Assembly: GCA_040285855.1 (NCBI GenBank)
Contig: JAUFOQ010000002.1
Coordinates: 1,922,001 to 1,986,000, forward strand
DNA length: 64,000 nt
Source: Eukaryota sp. GEM-RC1
Taxonomy: Eukaryota
Direction of reading: 5' to 3'
Shown here: positions 24,520 to 35,879 of the stretch, one piece after another
Numbering within the stretch: the first letter of the stretch is position 1
Layout: every line of letters starts with the position of its first letter
Translations under genes and position numbers: made by a program
The notes under the pieces: model-generated
Database searches by the model: none
What the model was told of the DNA's origin: nothing
The model's input: the letters and a program-made list of their open reading frames with translations, nothing else

Positions 24520-26509
24520 ATAATTATTGTGGCCTCTGCAAAGAGCTTCAATGTGTATGTATACCGGAGCATTATACTCCTGAAAACACCTCTAATCCAA
24601 GTCCTAGTCCCGACCTAGGCAAGAACTCAAAGTCCGGTTCCGACCTGGACTCTATACAAAACCCTAGTCCCGACCTAGGTACTCCTAAGTCCAGTTCCGA
24701 CCTGGCAGCCAAGACTAATCCCCTCCCAAACACCGAATTTGGACCTGACGGAAAAGCTTGGGACGACGGTAGACTTCGTGGATTCCGACGTGGATCCCGA
24801 ATCTCCCACCAACTCCTCTCCCGAAGATGAAAATCCTCCCGAGGAAACCATTCACGAGGTTGAAAACTCCCCGGTGGTTACCAAACCACCCAGCGATAAC
24901 GAAAGCCCTCCCTCACCAGGGAAGGTGAATAGAAATACCCCTCCTAAGAATACGTCTCCTGCCTCCACGGCACCTCAGACAAACCCTGCCTCCAGCCCTT
25001 CAATTTCGCCGCTACCCAAGCCAATTCCACCGAACTCCCAAAAACCTAGAATGGCTCCCAAGCCCCCTACCACGGTTCTAGGATTTGTCATGCCTGGAAC
25101 AGATCCCAATCTCCCAGGTTTGCTAACCACGAGTTCTCCGGCTAAAGAAATACATGAAGCTGAACGTAGGATTTACCAGAATTTCGACGCCAAGCAATGG
25201 CAAGAATTCAGAGAACAATCCCGCCTCAACGGTGAGACCTATCTGGAATACGAGAAAGACAGTTTTCTCCTCAAACCAGCTAAACAGCTGAAAAGAGTCT
25301 ACCAAAGGTATTTCAACAATCGGATCAATCTCTACCCAGAGATTTCGTCTGTTCTAAGCGGTCAGGGAAAACTCCTAGGATTTATTATGGACAAAAACCG
25401 TGTAAATTCTCTGGTATCCACTCCCCAGGCTTACAATCTGCTGAAAACACCGTTTCCAAAAGATGTAGTTGAAGACATTGAGAGTCAGATAGACGACCTC
25501 AATAGTTACACGGATGTAGAAGTTCCGTCCTATAGCATCCCAGCGATAAATTCCAATCCCTCGGACACGGTCCCACCATTGGTTGAAGACGCACCCTATA
25601 TTCCCGGTGGAATATCGGAGAATTGTTCAAGTGGAATTTCTCCACACTCAATGCACAGAGACCCTGCTGTACTGCCTTTTGGACCCCGAGACCATGCTGA
25701 CCTCAACATTCGTCAAAGGGTAGGAGCTCTCTCCGTATCTCCAGAAGACCAAACTCGCACCCCCGCTCAGTCGGATAGTCCTCCCCCATTCAGACACCAT
25801 TTTCGGTTCTGAAGTTCACCGAGCGACTACCTTCTGATATCAACAGTGACCTGAACAAATCCATCACTCCTCCTCTCTTGAAAACTCTCGACGACCCCGA
25901 CGTCATGATTCATTGGATTGGGGACCACATGAGCTTTTGTTTAGCTCAACTTGACTACAAACAACCGACCGACAAACCTTTGGGTCAAGCTACTTTCTTC
26001 TATGACATTGGCCGAATTGCCGCCAGCGACGCTGACACGCGATGGGTTCCCCGTTTGATAGATTTCCGTGTTCAACAACAATGTCCTACCTAGGCAAATC
26101 AACGAAAGATCACCGCAATCTCTTTATTGAAATTATCCTCAGGACACAGTTCCGAGAATACATTACAGCAAGGAACAAAATCAATGAAGTCGTTATGAAC
26201 TGGAACATTAGAGATCATGAAGACCGATGGTTGGACTTCATTAGACGCTTTGATAAAATCTTGAACCGTAGCACACTGATCCGCACTTCAAAGGCCAACG
26301 TCTACTCGAGCCTCGAAGAAAGAGTAATCGTCAAAGCTCTACTCACGAATATTGGCATCGCTTCTATCTACCTGACCCTCTGGCCGGAGTACAAAGACTC
26401 CAAAGACCTCCACACGTTCTTCGCTGTTGCCCTCGAACACTACAACACGTGGTGTAAGAGATGGGAACATTCCCCCTGCACATGTTCAACGCGAACAGAA
26501 GGACGTTGA
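24501..26509 (+). CDS. gag: Retrotransposon Gag-like region (frameshifted)
   Basis: ATG 24501 opens MVPKTNNNYCGLCKELQCVC, then Pro/Ser-rich and helical segments (ORFs 24471..24830, 24739..25812, 25878..26093, 26042..26509) upstream of the zinc knuckle. Assigned mainly by position. Confidence 0.6.
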
Positions 26510-27608
26510 GATCCTTGTTCACCGTGACAAGGACTCCTGGAGCGACCTACCCAAGGCTATGCAAAGGTCAGCCACGAAATCCTTCGCCACGGCTGCCGGT
26601 CACAAATCTAGATCTTCTGATCAGAGAGTTGCCCCTTCTCCATCTCCTTCCTTCAAAAAGAGGAACCGCTCCGAGAAGAAAGACCCAGCTGAGAAAGACC
26701 CCAACAAGTGCAGTTTCTGTGATTCTACTGATCATAAGATCAATCTCTGTAATCACCCCAGCTGCCGTAGAAGTGAACTCCCCGCGGACCAACGTCTCCC
26801 ACGATCTGAGGCAAAGAAACCTCCCTCTCGTAGTCATAGTTCGCGTAGACACAATAAATCTGATAAGTATAACGTTCAACATATAAATCATATTCACAAC
26901 AACACATCATCGTCGGATTCACATAATCCATACATAAACCCACTCCACAACATCAGTAATTCGAGTGGTGAGAACTCTATAAGCCTGAATTCGATATTCA
27001 GCATTATCGATCACCAGGATCCACCACCATTCCTCAGCTGCAGTCTGACCATCAATGGTGTTTCGATTCAGGGTCTTTGGGACAGTGGAGCATCAATGTC
27101 CGTAATCACACGAGACCTGGTCGATAGATGTTCAATGACGTTCGTCAACAAAAACGTTCCATTCACATCTGCAAACAACGTCAGAGCTCACTCACTGGGT
27201 AGCGCCCAGGGGATCTTGACCTTCAAGTACAGTAAGGTGACACACCTAACATCTGTGACGAAGACCTTACCTATCATCCCTGGATCCAACAAATGTTTGT
27301 TAGGTATTGATCTCATGAAGCAGTTAGGTTTACTGACTGAAGAGGGACTAATCATCCCGGTTCAACAAACTATGTTAGCTCATAGCAACGACGAGTCTGA
27401 GTTCGACTCCAACATATCTATGCCCAATAGCCTTTCGATTATAGACAATACAGATTTCAATAAATTTGTTTATGATTCCGGTTGTTCAATCACATTAGAT
27501 GACGATGATAGAACCAATCAATTACTGAATCTACTCAATGAGTTCTCAGTTATTTTCGATTCCGTTCCCCACAAAGATGGCATCGATTGTTTCACCGATG
27601 ACAATTGA
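26427..27608 (+). CDS. Gag CCHC zinc knuckle and aspartic protease
   Basis: CSFCDSTDHKINLC (CX2CX4HX4C); GLWDSGASMSVI; LLGIDLM. Confidence 0.88.
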   Translation: MPSNTTTRGVRDGNIPPAHVQREQKDVEILVHRDKDSWSDLPKAMQRSATKSFATAAGHKSRSSDQRVAPSPSPSFKKRNRSEKKDPAEKDPNKCSFCDSTDHKINLCNHPSCRRSELPADQRLPRSEAKKPPSRSHSSRRHNKSDKYNVQHINHIHNNTSSSDSHNPYINPLHNISNSSGENSISLNSIFSIIDHQDPPPFLSCSLTINGVSIQGLWDSGASMSVITRDLVDRCSMTFVNKNVPFTSANNVRAHSLGSAQGILTFKYSKVTHLTSVTKTLPIIPGSNKCLLGIDLMKQLGLLTEEGLIIPVQQTMLAHSNDESEFDSNISMPNSLSIIDNTDFNKFVYDSGCSITLDDDDRTNQLLNLLNEFSVIFDSVPHKDGIDCFTDDN

Positions 27609-28491
27609 CTTCCACAGCGAAGAGTCCACGGTGAAACGAAAACCTCGGAGGCTTAATCCAGTCAAACAAAGGATAGCCGAAGAAACTTTTCACGAACTAG
27701 TACGTTTGGGATACGCTGAGTATACAACACCCAACGGAAAATTCAGCTCCCCGGTAGTACTTGTGGTCTACCCCGATCATCGTAAGCCTAGACTTACTGG
27801 TGACTTCAGTGGTACTGGAGGAGTCAACGAACTTACTAAATCTGTCCAACCGAATCTACCTAGAATCGCAGACATACAGGAATTCTTGAGTGAAGCTAAC
27901 TACATAGCCACTCTCGACCTGCGAAAAGCATTTTGGCAACTGAATCTTGCGGATCACGAACGCGACAAGACAACTCTAGTCATCCATGGCCTAGCCATTC
28001 GATTCAAACGAGCGTGTTTTGGCTTGAAGAACGTACCAGCAATCTTTCAAAACTTAATGATGGATATTTTCGACCACGAAGGAATATTCATCTACATCGA
28101 TGACATCATCATAGTCGCCAAAACTTTTGATGAATACTTATCTAGAATAAAATTCGTTCTTGAGAGAGCTCAACTTTATAGAGTCAACCTTGGCTTACAC
28201 AAGTGCAAGTTCATAACAAAGAATCATCCTATAACTATCTTAGGTTGCGAATACATCGACAACACTCGTCGAATCGATTCAAAACGTGTAGAAGCTCTGG
28301 TAAACATACCAACACCGACCACCATCAAAGAAGTTCGAAGTTTCGTCGGCTCTATCAACTACATCAAAGATTTCATAGCAGATGCATCTGACCTACTAGC
28401 TCCCATAATAGCCCTAGTAAAGAACAAAGCACGTACAGTTCACTGGACACCTCAACTTCAATCAAATTTTGATGAAATCAAAAGAGGATAA
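27538..28491 (+). CDS. pol: Ty3/gypsy reverse transcriptase
   Basis: FSSPVVLV, LPRIADI, TLDLRKAFWQ, FGLKNVPAIFQ, IYIDDIII, VRSFVGSINY. Confidence 0.93.
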   Translation: MSSQLFSIPFPTKMASIVSPMTIDFHSEESTVKRKPRRLNPVKQRIAEETFHELVRLGYAEYTTPNGKFSSPVVLVVYPDHRKPRLTGDFSGTGGVNELTKSVQPNLPRIADIQEFLSEANYIATLDLRKAFWQLNLADHERDKTTLVIHGLAIRFKRACFGLKNVPAIFQNLMMDIFDHEGIFIYIDDIIIVAKTFDEYLSRIKFVLERAQLYRVNLGLHKCKFITKNHPITILGCEYIDNTRRIDSKRVEALVNIPTPTTIKEVRSFVGSINYIKDFIADASDLLAPIIALVKNKARTVHWTPQLQSNFDEIKRG

Positions 28492-28499
28492 TCAATCAT

Positions 28500-30638
28500 A
28501 TGCCACTTTGCCTACCAGACAAAGATAGACGCATACTGATCAGCGCAGATGCCAGCGATATCGCCGTAGGTGGTGTCGTCTGGCTAGAATGCACCTCTCA
28601 TTCACCTGAGGGCACTCCACTGAACGATCGCAAAGTAGAACCACTAGCATTCTACAGCAAACTACTCACTGACTCTCAACAGAACTGGGCCACAATCCAA
28701 AAGGAATTGTACGCCATTCTCCTAATTTTAACAGAATCGCAACTGTCATCATACCTTATCAGCAGGGAACTTACTATCTTCACAGATCATAAAAACCTCG
28801 CTTACTTAATCTCAGCACCCGAGAAGAACAGGATGGTCAAACGATGGATCCCTATTCTCAGCGAATACCTATTCACCATAGTCCACACCAGTGGCGAAGA
28901 CAACCATTGGGCTGACATGATGTCACGCAATGTTACCAAAGACGCACCAACTGAGTCTATAAACAACATAGTCACAAATTGCCCAGAGCATTTGTTCTCT
29001 ATAACCGATAGCCGATGTCCTACTGATGAGGATACGGAATATCAAACTTTATCAACAGAGTCAATCGACATGATTGACGATGCTCTGATCAACAAATCGA
29101 AGTTATTCGACGCTTGGCTCTCGAAAGTACGCTCTACACAAATAGAAGCCATCAAAAATAACGACCCATTGTTCCAACACCCGTCTACTTGGTTCAATGA
29201 AGAGTTCAAGCTATACATGAATAGCAACAACAAGATCTTGATACCAAGTGCCTTGGTGAACACCACCTTGAACCACTTACACGGTTTTCCACATGCAGGT
29301 CACCCCAGTACTAAAGATAGCATTGATCGGCTAAAATCTAGTGACTACTTCTGGCCTAGCATGATCAACGACATGAAAACTCACTGCAGGCAATGCCCAG
29401 CTTGTCAAAAGACAGCTCCCCTTGCCAAAACAACTATCAAATCTTCAGGTAATTTATGGTCCGACAAACCATTTGCTAAGATAAACGTCGATACCATTGG
29501 ACCACTCCCCACTGACACATCGGGAAACGTTTACCTGCTAGTGTTCATAGATTCATTCACCAGATTCACTATTCTATGTCCACTAAAGGAACTGAATGCC
29601 CATGAGACAGCATATTCGTTAGTGTGTAACGTTTGCGCCATCTTCGGCATTCCAGACCTCATTCACAGTGACAATGGCAAAGAATTTGCTAATCACGTTT
29701 TCAATGACGTCTGCAATCAATTTGACATCACAACTAATAAATCTATACCTAGTTTCTCTCCTAGCAACGGTTTAGTTGAACGTCGACACAGAGACATCCT
29801 ACAAGCTTTACGAAAGATGCTCATAGACTTCAATGACTATGACAACTGGAGTAAATACATCCCACTAGTACAACTGCTGATAAACACTACGAAGAGTAGA
29901 GTAACCGGCTTTACACCGTACGAATTGATGTTTGGATCTAACACCAACCCTGGTAGTGATCCAAGTAAAATCATCTCTTGCCTCACTCAGAACAAGATTT
30001 CAGAAGATTCCTTTCTAGCTGATTACCAATCAAAATTATCAAGAATTTTGAAAAAACGGGAAGAAGCAGAAACCACCCAATCATCTATCAAATCTTCCAT
30101 TACTACAGACAATACACCCTCGCTATTCGCTATCGGTGACTTAGTACTACGAAGTAACAAAGCAGCTAAGAAACTTCATGGCAAACAAGAGGGACCGTAC
30201 CTCGTCATCGACATCCCTTCCAAAAGCTCACTTGAACTGCAGAACTTTGTCACCGGACATCGCTTCCGCTCCAGCATCCATCTATGCACCAAGTACCTTT
30301 CCGACAAACCCTCCTCTGACGAATTCCACAAAGCAGTAGCTTCATGTGACTCTGAAGAGATGGTCATCATCGAGATCCTTGATCAACGTGATTCTCCTAC
30401 CGGTCCCATATGTTCCGTCGTATGGTTTGACGGCGACACTACTGAGGAACCTCTGAGTCTAGTTAAAAACACCAAAGCTTACTCAAGTTTTATTAAATTA
30501 AATCCTCACGCCAAACCCAAAGCTAAACCTAGAAGTAGTCGTAATCGTAACTCAAACTCTAGTAACACTCCTAATTCCGTCATTCTCACTACTCCACCTG
30601 CTAAGAGGACTAGGTCCTCGAAAAAGGGGAAGAAGTAA
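28500..30638 (+). CDS. pol: RNase H - integrase - GPY/F - chromodomain
   Basis: ISADASDIAVGG, QKELYAI, FTDHKNL, NHWADMMSR; HGFPHAGH...CPACQ; VDTIGPLP, HSDNGKEF, NGLVERRH; EGPYLV; IIEILDQR...VVWFDGDTTEEPLSLV. Confidence 0.93.
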   Translation: MPLCLPDKDRRILISADASDIAVGGVVWLECTSHSPEGTPLNDRKVEPLAFYSKLLTDSQQNWATIQKELYAILLILTESQLSSYLISRELTIFTDHKNLAYLISAPEKNRMVKRWIPILSEYLFTIVHTSGEDNHWADMMSRNVTKDAPTESINNIVTNCPEHLFSITDSRCPTDEDTEYQTLSTESIDMIDDALINKSKLFDAWLSKVRSTQIEAIKNNDPLFQHPSTWFNEEFKLYMNSNNKILIPSALVNTTLNHLHGFPHAGHPSTKDSIDRLKSSDYFWPSMINDMKTHCRQCPACQKTAPLAKTTIKSSGNLWSDKPFAKINVDTIGPLPTDTSGNVYLLVFIDSFTRFTILCPLKELNAHETAYSLVCNVCAIFGIPDLIHSDNGKEFANHVFNDVCNQFDITTNKSIPSFSPSNGLVERRHRDILQALRKMLIDFNDYDNWSKYIPLVQLLINTTKSRVTGFTPYELMFGSNTNPGSDPSKIISCLTQNKISEDSFLADYQSKLSRILKKREEAETTQSSIKSSITTDNTPSLFAIGDLVLRSNKAAKKLHGKQEGPYLVIDIPSKSSLELQNFVTGHRFRSSIHLCTKYLSDKPSSDEFHKAVASCDSEEMVIIEILDQRDSPTGPICSVVWFDGDTTEEPLSLVKNTKAYSSFIKLNPHAKPKAKPRSSRNRNSNSSNTPNSVILTTPPAKRTRSSKKGKK

Positions 30639-30716
30639 TGTTAGTGTCATGACTCATCAGGACCTATTTGTATAATAAATTCACTTTTCACTCTTACATG
30701 GTACCGAAGACCAACA
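30639..30716 (+). repeat. 3' LTR (78 bp)
   Basis: Identical to the 5' LTR; preceded by the PPT and the pol stop codon. Confidence 0.92.
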
Positions 30717-30877
30717 AATGTGTTCGATTTTCTTGTTAAGTCGAGATTCTACTCAAAAATAGATGCGATCATGAGATCCAAATGATTTGAGTTTGAGACA
30801 TAGCCAATGTTCCTCCTATTTGGATTGAATCTTCAGTTTTGTCGAGAAAACACCAAATTTAAAAAACAATTATTCAA

Positions 30878-32572
30878 ATGTTTTCCCACAGTGACTTTCT
30901 CTTCGAAGAACAAATTGGCAAATCTAACCGGTTTACCGTCAACAAGGTAGTCAATCGCCATACTGGTAACTATGCCGTCTCTAAGTCGGTTTCCCTTGCA
31001 GTAGGAGCGGGAGAGAAGACATACTTTGATTCCCAACACACTCCTCACCGCAATCTCATGATCTATCACGCATGTTATCAACAGAACTCTCAATTCTGTG
31101 TTCTCATGGACTTTCATCCCACAACTCTCGGACATATGATCTTTGGTGATCGTAAGATCGATGTTTCTAAGCTTAATGAACATCGTAGAGTCCTCACAAC
31201 TCCTGGTGACCCCTTACCTCCTGCCAAAGCTCTCAAATACTTTGCTCAGTTGGTTTCTGCTGTACATCATCTCCACTCCCACTCTCTTCTCTGCCGTGAC
31301 ATCAAAATAGAGAACATTCTTGTCGACAGTGAAGACAATGTAGTAATCTTTGACTTTGACACCCTAGAACAACATAGCCCAAATAGCCCAAAATCAGCTG
31401 ATACAGGAACCGGACCCTATACTCCCCCTGAAGTTCTTACCGCAAAGCACCACGACTACTCGTGGGATTACTGGTCTCTTGGTATTGTTTTCTATGCCAT
31501 GGTCAAGGGAAACTTCCCTTTCCTTTGTAAATCTGGTGATCAGGAGTCCTTTATTTTGATGACTCACATACATGGAGCAAAAATTGATCTTGAAGGGGTT
31601 GATGGATTTTCTAGGAAAATGATTCTAGATTTGCTTGCAAATAATCCACAACAACGAGCTGACAACTTCAGCAGAATTGTTAAAAATCTTGCATTGAATC
31701 CTAATTATTCCGTTTTCTTCAAAAGCACGTGGCCATTAACTTGTAGGATCAAGCCTGCTCGTCAATGCCAATCCTTGATTGTTTCAGATCAGACCATTGA
31801 CCATCTACACCAGAAGTACTTTGAAAATGACTCAACACAGGTCTTTCAATTGGATAAAATTCTGACCAGTGTTCAAGACTTTATCAATCATTTACGTGAT
31901 TTTGTCCTAGTCGATCGGAATATCTATGACGTCATCTTCGACATGAAGGACAACAACCAATCGGTACAGTTACAGAAAGTCTTCTGTGCCACCATTCCTC
32001 ATATTAACTGTCTCCATCCAATACTAGACCCAAGAACTAGTATCTTTTCATCAACTGAGAGCAAAGGACCAGACACCTTTTGGACAATGCAGAAGAACTT
32101 ACAAAATGATCCCCCACGACAGCTACTATGTCAACTTCATGACGAGCATGAGTGGACGGTGGCAGAGATTATTTGTGATCGTTTAAAGTTCACGAGGTAT
32201 CAGAGTGCTTGGAGGTTGTTTACCTTTGATCAGCAACTACTTCAAAGCACAATCAGCTCGTGTCTTCGTTCTTTAAGTTCTTGTTCTCTTGATGATATTG
32301 CCCATAGAATAGCCAAGGTGCTTCTGTTTCCCCTAGTTAATGATCAGTTGGATGGGAGAGGTTCTTATGTAATAGATTTGCCTCGTTATTTGAAGGAAAT
32401 TAATAGTTCTGGAGAGTTGAACGCTATAGATCATAGAATGGTTCAACATGTTCTTGATAAGTGGATGGACTTTATTGAAGTTGAAGCGACGATCTTAGAG
32501 CTTCACGATGCTGAGGCTCAGCTAGGTTCTTTTCTTATATCTATGATGGACAAGTATTATAAACTTGAATAG
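30878..32572 (+). CDS. Divergent Ser/Thr protein kinase (or pseudokinase) with unrecognised C-terminal domain
   Basis: YAVSK, YFAQLVSAVHHLH, CRDIKIENIL, IFDFD, GTGPYTPPEVL, DYWSLGIVFYAMVKGNFPF; intact 564-aa ORF. Confidence 0.88.
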   Translation: MFSHSDFLFEEQIGKSNRFTVNKVVNRHTGNYAVSKSVSLAVGAGEKTYFDSQHTPHRNLMIYHACYQQNSQFCVLMDFHPTTLGHMIFGDRKIDVSKLNEHRRVLTTPGDPLPPAKALKYFAQLVSAVHHLHSHSLLCRDIKIENILVDSEDNVVIFDFDTLEQHSPNSPKSADTGTGPYTPPEVLTAKHHDYSWDYWSLGIVFYAMVKGNFPFLCKSGDQESFILMTHIHGAKIDLEGVDGFSRKMILDLLANNPQQRADNFSRIVKNLALNPNYSVFFKSTWPLTCRIKPARQCQSLIVSDQTIDHLHQKYFENDSTQVFQLDKILTSVQDFINHLRDFVLVDRNIYDVIFDMKDNNQSVQLQKVFCATIPHINCLHPILDPRTSIFSSTESKGPDTFWTMQKNLQNDPPRQLLCQLHDEHEWTVAEIICDRLKFTRYQSAWRLFTFDQQLLQSTISSCLRSLSSCSLDDIAHRIAKVLLFPLVNDQLDGRGSYVIDLPRYLKEINSSGELNAIDHRMVQHVLDKWMDFIEVEATILELHDAEAQLGSFLISMMDKYYKLE

Positions 32573-33896
32573 CTTCCTGATACGTAGTAGTTTTAATGTT
32601 TGGAAGTTAGATTATCAAATGACAATTCTAAATTGATATAATATTTTTGTTCTTTTGATCTATAAACCAATACTGACTATAAATATGGGATTTGAAAAAC
32701 CAAATCCTTTTCCTGTTTTTACTACGATTCATTTGATAAATCAATATTAATGAACGAACCAAATATATGTTGAATATGAATTCTTGTAGTTCGTCCAGCA
32801 GCTCATTAAAAACTGCATTTCTGGGATACAGAAGGATGTACTACACTGTAGTACATTCTACATTAGGAACAAACCTTTTTATCATTACTCAAAATTTTTC
32901 GAGACCATCCTATGTGCAGAGCAATTGATATGAGTAAATCAAAGTTTCATAAATCTTTTTAGGTGGTGTTTTGAAGGAACAATTGTTTTTCTAAAGATTT
33001 TGATTGTGAACGTCCTTTGATTGTGAACGTCCTATCAGCTGCTATAAAATTAGATAAATAAGAAGAATTTTGTTGCAATCGCTAATTTAAATACAAAATT
33101 TTTTTTCTTTATATCATTTTGAACAACACTGAGTAGAGTTAGCAATCAATGTGGTTAGAGCTGTTAATATTTTGGTCCTTAAATACAATTAAGTATATAA
33201 TATTATATGAATGCCGGAACATAGAACCGCCCAATATCAGTTCTATGCGTTGACATTGTAACTGTTCCAGCGCTTTTTCCTGATGTTACATTAACTTTAT
33301 CAAGATTCTCAGATCCTTGTTATCCACGGAAAACGACCATTACGTTGTTTAAACTGTAATCAAATACCTCAAGTAATACATAACTTTATTCTAACAGAAG
33401 ACATTGACGTAAACATTAGAATATAAGAAGGATGATTGTTGTTACTACAAAGTTGTACAATACTTAGGAATCAGTCCATATACTCGACGTTTTATCTACT
33501 ATTTAAGCACTGTGAAATTCAATTTTTGGAGATACACATTCCACGGAGATTCATGTACTCTCTATTAGGAAATTCTAAATTAAAGCCTCGTTTTTAAGTT
33601 CTAGTTCAAGAAACAAGTGACATTAAACGAATTATTCTTGTTCAAAAAGTGTCCTGTTTATAATCAGGTTGTTTCCTGTTAGATCAGCATGTCAAAGACA
33701 CGATTGCTAATTAAAAGGTGTTCGATTCTGATTTATAAGACAAATCAATTCTATAAAATTAAAGCACAAATTTAAAAATCAAAATCTTCGTCTTCATCAT
33801 CCTCAAACAGAGCTGCTCCAAGATTCTCCTTCTGAATCACTACCGCATCAAATTACACTGAGTGTAATCGTGCCAATGGAGGTGGATGCACCTCAT
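31238..33896. repeat. Segmental duplication; inverted copy at 60167-64000
   Basis: Kinase 3' part and about 1.3 kb of downstream sequence match the reverse complement of 60167-60454 plus 61566-64000; the second copy carries a retroelement insertion and runs off the window. Confidence 0.9.
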
Positions 33897-34819
33897 AGTT
33901 AAGTTTGTATACCAACCGATCAAGCTGGTTTCTAAATGCCTAAGAAACCAAATCCGGCTGGCATTCGACTAGTCTTCTACCACAGCAAACGCCTATAACT
34001 CAAGAGATGTTCTGATTTCCTTATAGTGTAGTTGCTAGAAGAGTGTAGTTGCCAGAAGAGTGTACATTGTAGTTGCCAATGATGAACTGAGTTGAATGAA
34101 TTTGCATGTATCATTTGTCCTTCTTCAAAAACTTCCAACCTTTTATGGTTCTAAGGCTTTAGCACAATCTAGAATGTATTGCTCGACGGTTAGTTTGGAT
34201 CTCTCTTGCTTTAAGATGACTTCTATACTGGGCGGCCAAAGCATTTACCACATGTATCTTGATTGAAAAAGTACAGTTGGTTGCAGATGGAGTGCGATTC
34301 TTCCATCTTTTGATGGTGCTGTGACTAACACTGAGACCCTGATATTGCCTGTTCGTTTCATTCACCCAGCCTTTTGTATCAATACATAATTGACAATCTT
34401 AACGTATACCGGCTGAATGACCTTCGTGAACAAATTCAACAAATACTTATTGATTCTAGAGTATGGAAATTTCTCCTGGAAGGCCACTTTAACAAGGGAA
34501 AATGTCCATCATTAAGTCTGTTAACTAATTTATTTTACTGATCGATGGAGTTAAGCTAATCATCTACTAATTAAACAAGTAATGTTGTGCCCTTCATCAA
34601 TAAACTTTGTTTACTTGAAAAAACACAAAAATACATGTATACATTCCGTTGCCACTACCCATGACAACCGAACGTGCAACTGATTATTGTTGGAGTTCAC
34701 GAACAAGTGCTCAATACCTTTCTGTTCTAATTAAAGGATGACAGAAATGGCTACGATACGTGATCTACTTTTGCCTTAATGTATCAGCAATACAAATATT
34801 AACAGTATTATTTCTTTTA

Positions 34820-35469
34820 TAAGTAAGGTTCATGATTCAGAAAGGGGTCAATTATAGTGAATGTGTAAATCTTATGGAGTAGTTTCCTTTTTAGAACCAG
34901 TTTTGGCTGGTTTGTTTGATGATACGGATGTTGACAAATCGTTTGGAAATAGCCGTGGTGATGTCATATTTCCTGGTCTCGATGGATCTTTCATTATTGC
35001 TGATGTTATGTCTATCGATGTTTGTAACGATTCCAACAAAAACTTGCTAAACCTTATGCTAAAAACCCCCTGTTGATTGGTGAAAAATTTAAAATGGAAA
35101 AATATTGCGCTAAATTGAGAATTATTGAATTCGGCTTCACATCCGAATTACTTGTTGTACCCTTTTGTATTTTTACTGTACGGTTCTTTAGGTGAATCTG
35201 CAACATCATTACTTGAAATCTTTGTGAAGATTGTAAAAGAAAAAACATCTAGGACATTTGATCTTAGATTTTGGAAAAATCGAATTGCGTTTGCTATCTT
35301 TAAAGATACAGTGACTTCTGTATCTAGGGCTTTATTATCTCTTGGCAGACATTATGCGGATAAGGTAGGTGAGAATTTCCAGATAGGCAATCTAGACTTT
35401 GAGGATATTGATTATTAGATGTATGTAAACTATTGTGTTGTTGTCAATAAAAACTGCTAGTAAAAAAAA
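34820..35469 (+). mobile_element. 3' fragment of an RLE-type (CRE/R2-like) non-LTR retrotransposon
   Basis: MCKSYGVVSFLEP, FGNSRGDVIFP..IIADVMSID, YPFVFLLYGSLGESA, FWKNRIAFAIFK; AATAAA then A8 at 35462-35469; homologous to 60455-61565. Confidence 0.7.
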
Positions 35470-35879
35470 TCTTTAGAATAAAGGAATATGTTTCTTGTGA
35501 TATGTCTTTGTAGTTTAAACCAAGAAATAGTCGTTTTCTATTGATTCAACAATACTCTAATGATCTAGAATCTGAGAATCATGTTGATGTAACATCACGA
35601 AAAAGCTTTCATACAGTCACAACGTGAAGATTCCATGTAGCCCATTGATACCGGATGGCTCTAATTTCTGATTGAATCCTGGATAATAACGCCTTTCCAC
35701 TTTTTACGTACAATAAATTGAAAATTCTAGTTGTTCTCATTGCAGCCCATGATAAATCTCGCCTTTTAAATCAAAGTTGCTCTCCTTTTGGCTGATCCAT
35801 AAAATACACAAAACTCGTTGGAAACGGGGCAGAATTGTCCATTTGTGTTGAGTGTTTTTTATGATTAGATTCTGACGGT

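Larger units (their letters stand above)
24442..30716 (+). mobile_element. Full-length Ty3/gypsy LTR retrotransposon with chromodomain integrase
   Basis: Identical 78-bp TG...CA LTRs, 4-bp TSD AATG (24438-24441, 30717-30720), polypurine tract AAAAAGGGGAAGAAG (30621-30635), domain order gag-PR-RT-RH-IN-chromo. Confidence 0.95.

Noticed and set aside
31238..32572. RIP-like hypermutation between the kinase duplicates
   Set aside because: Differences inspected were ordinary transitions in both directions without a clear CpA bias; only a short stretch was checked.
33900..34560. Possible Mutator-like transposase remnant on the minus strand (TNCTFSIKI, HLKAREIQ)
   Set aside because: Too degenerate; no catalytic motif, TIR or TSD identified.
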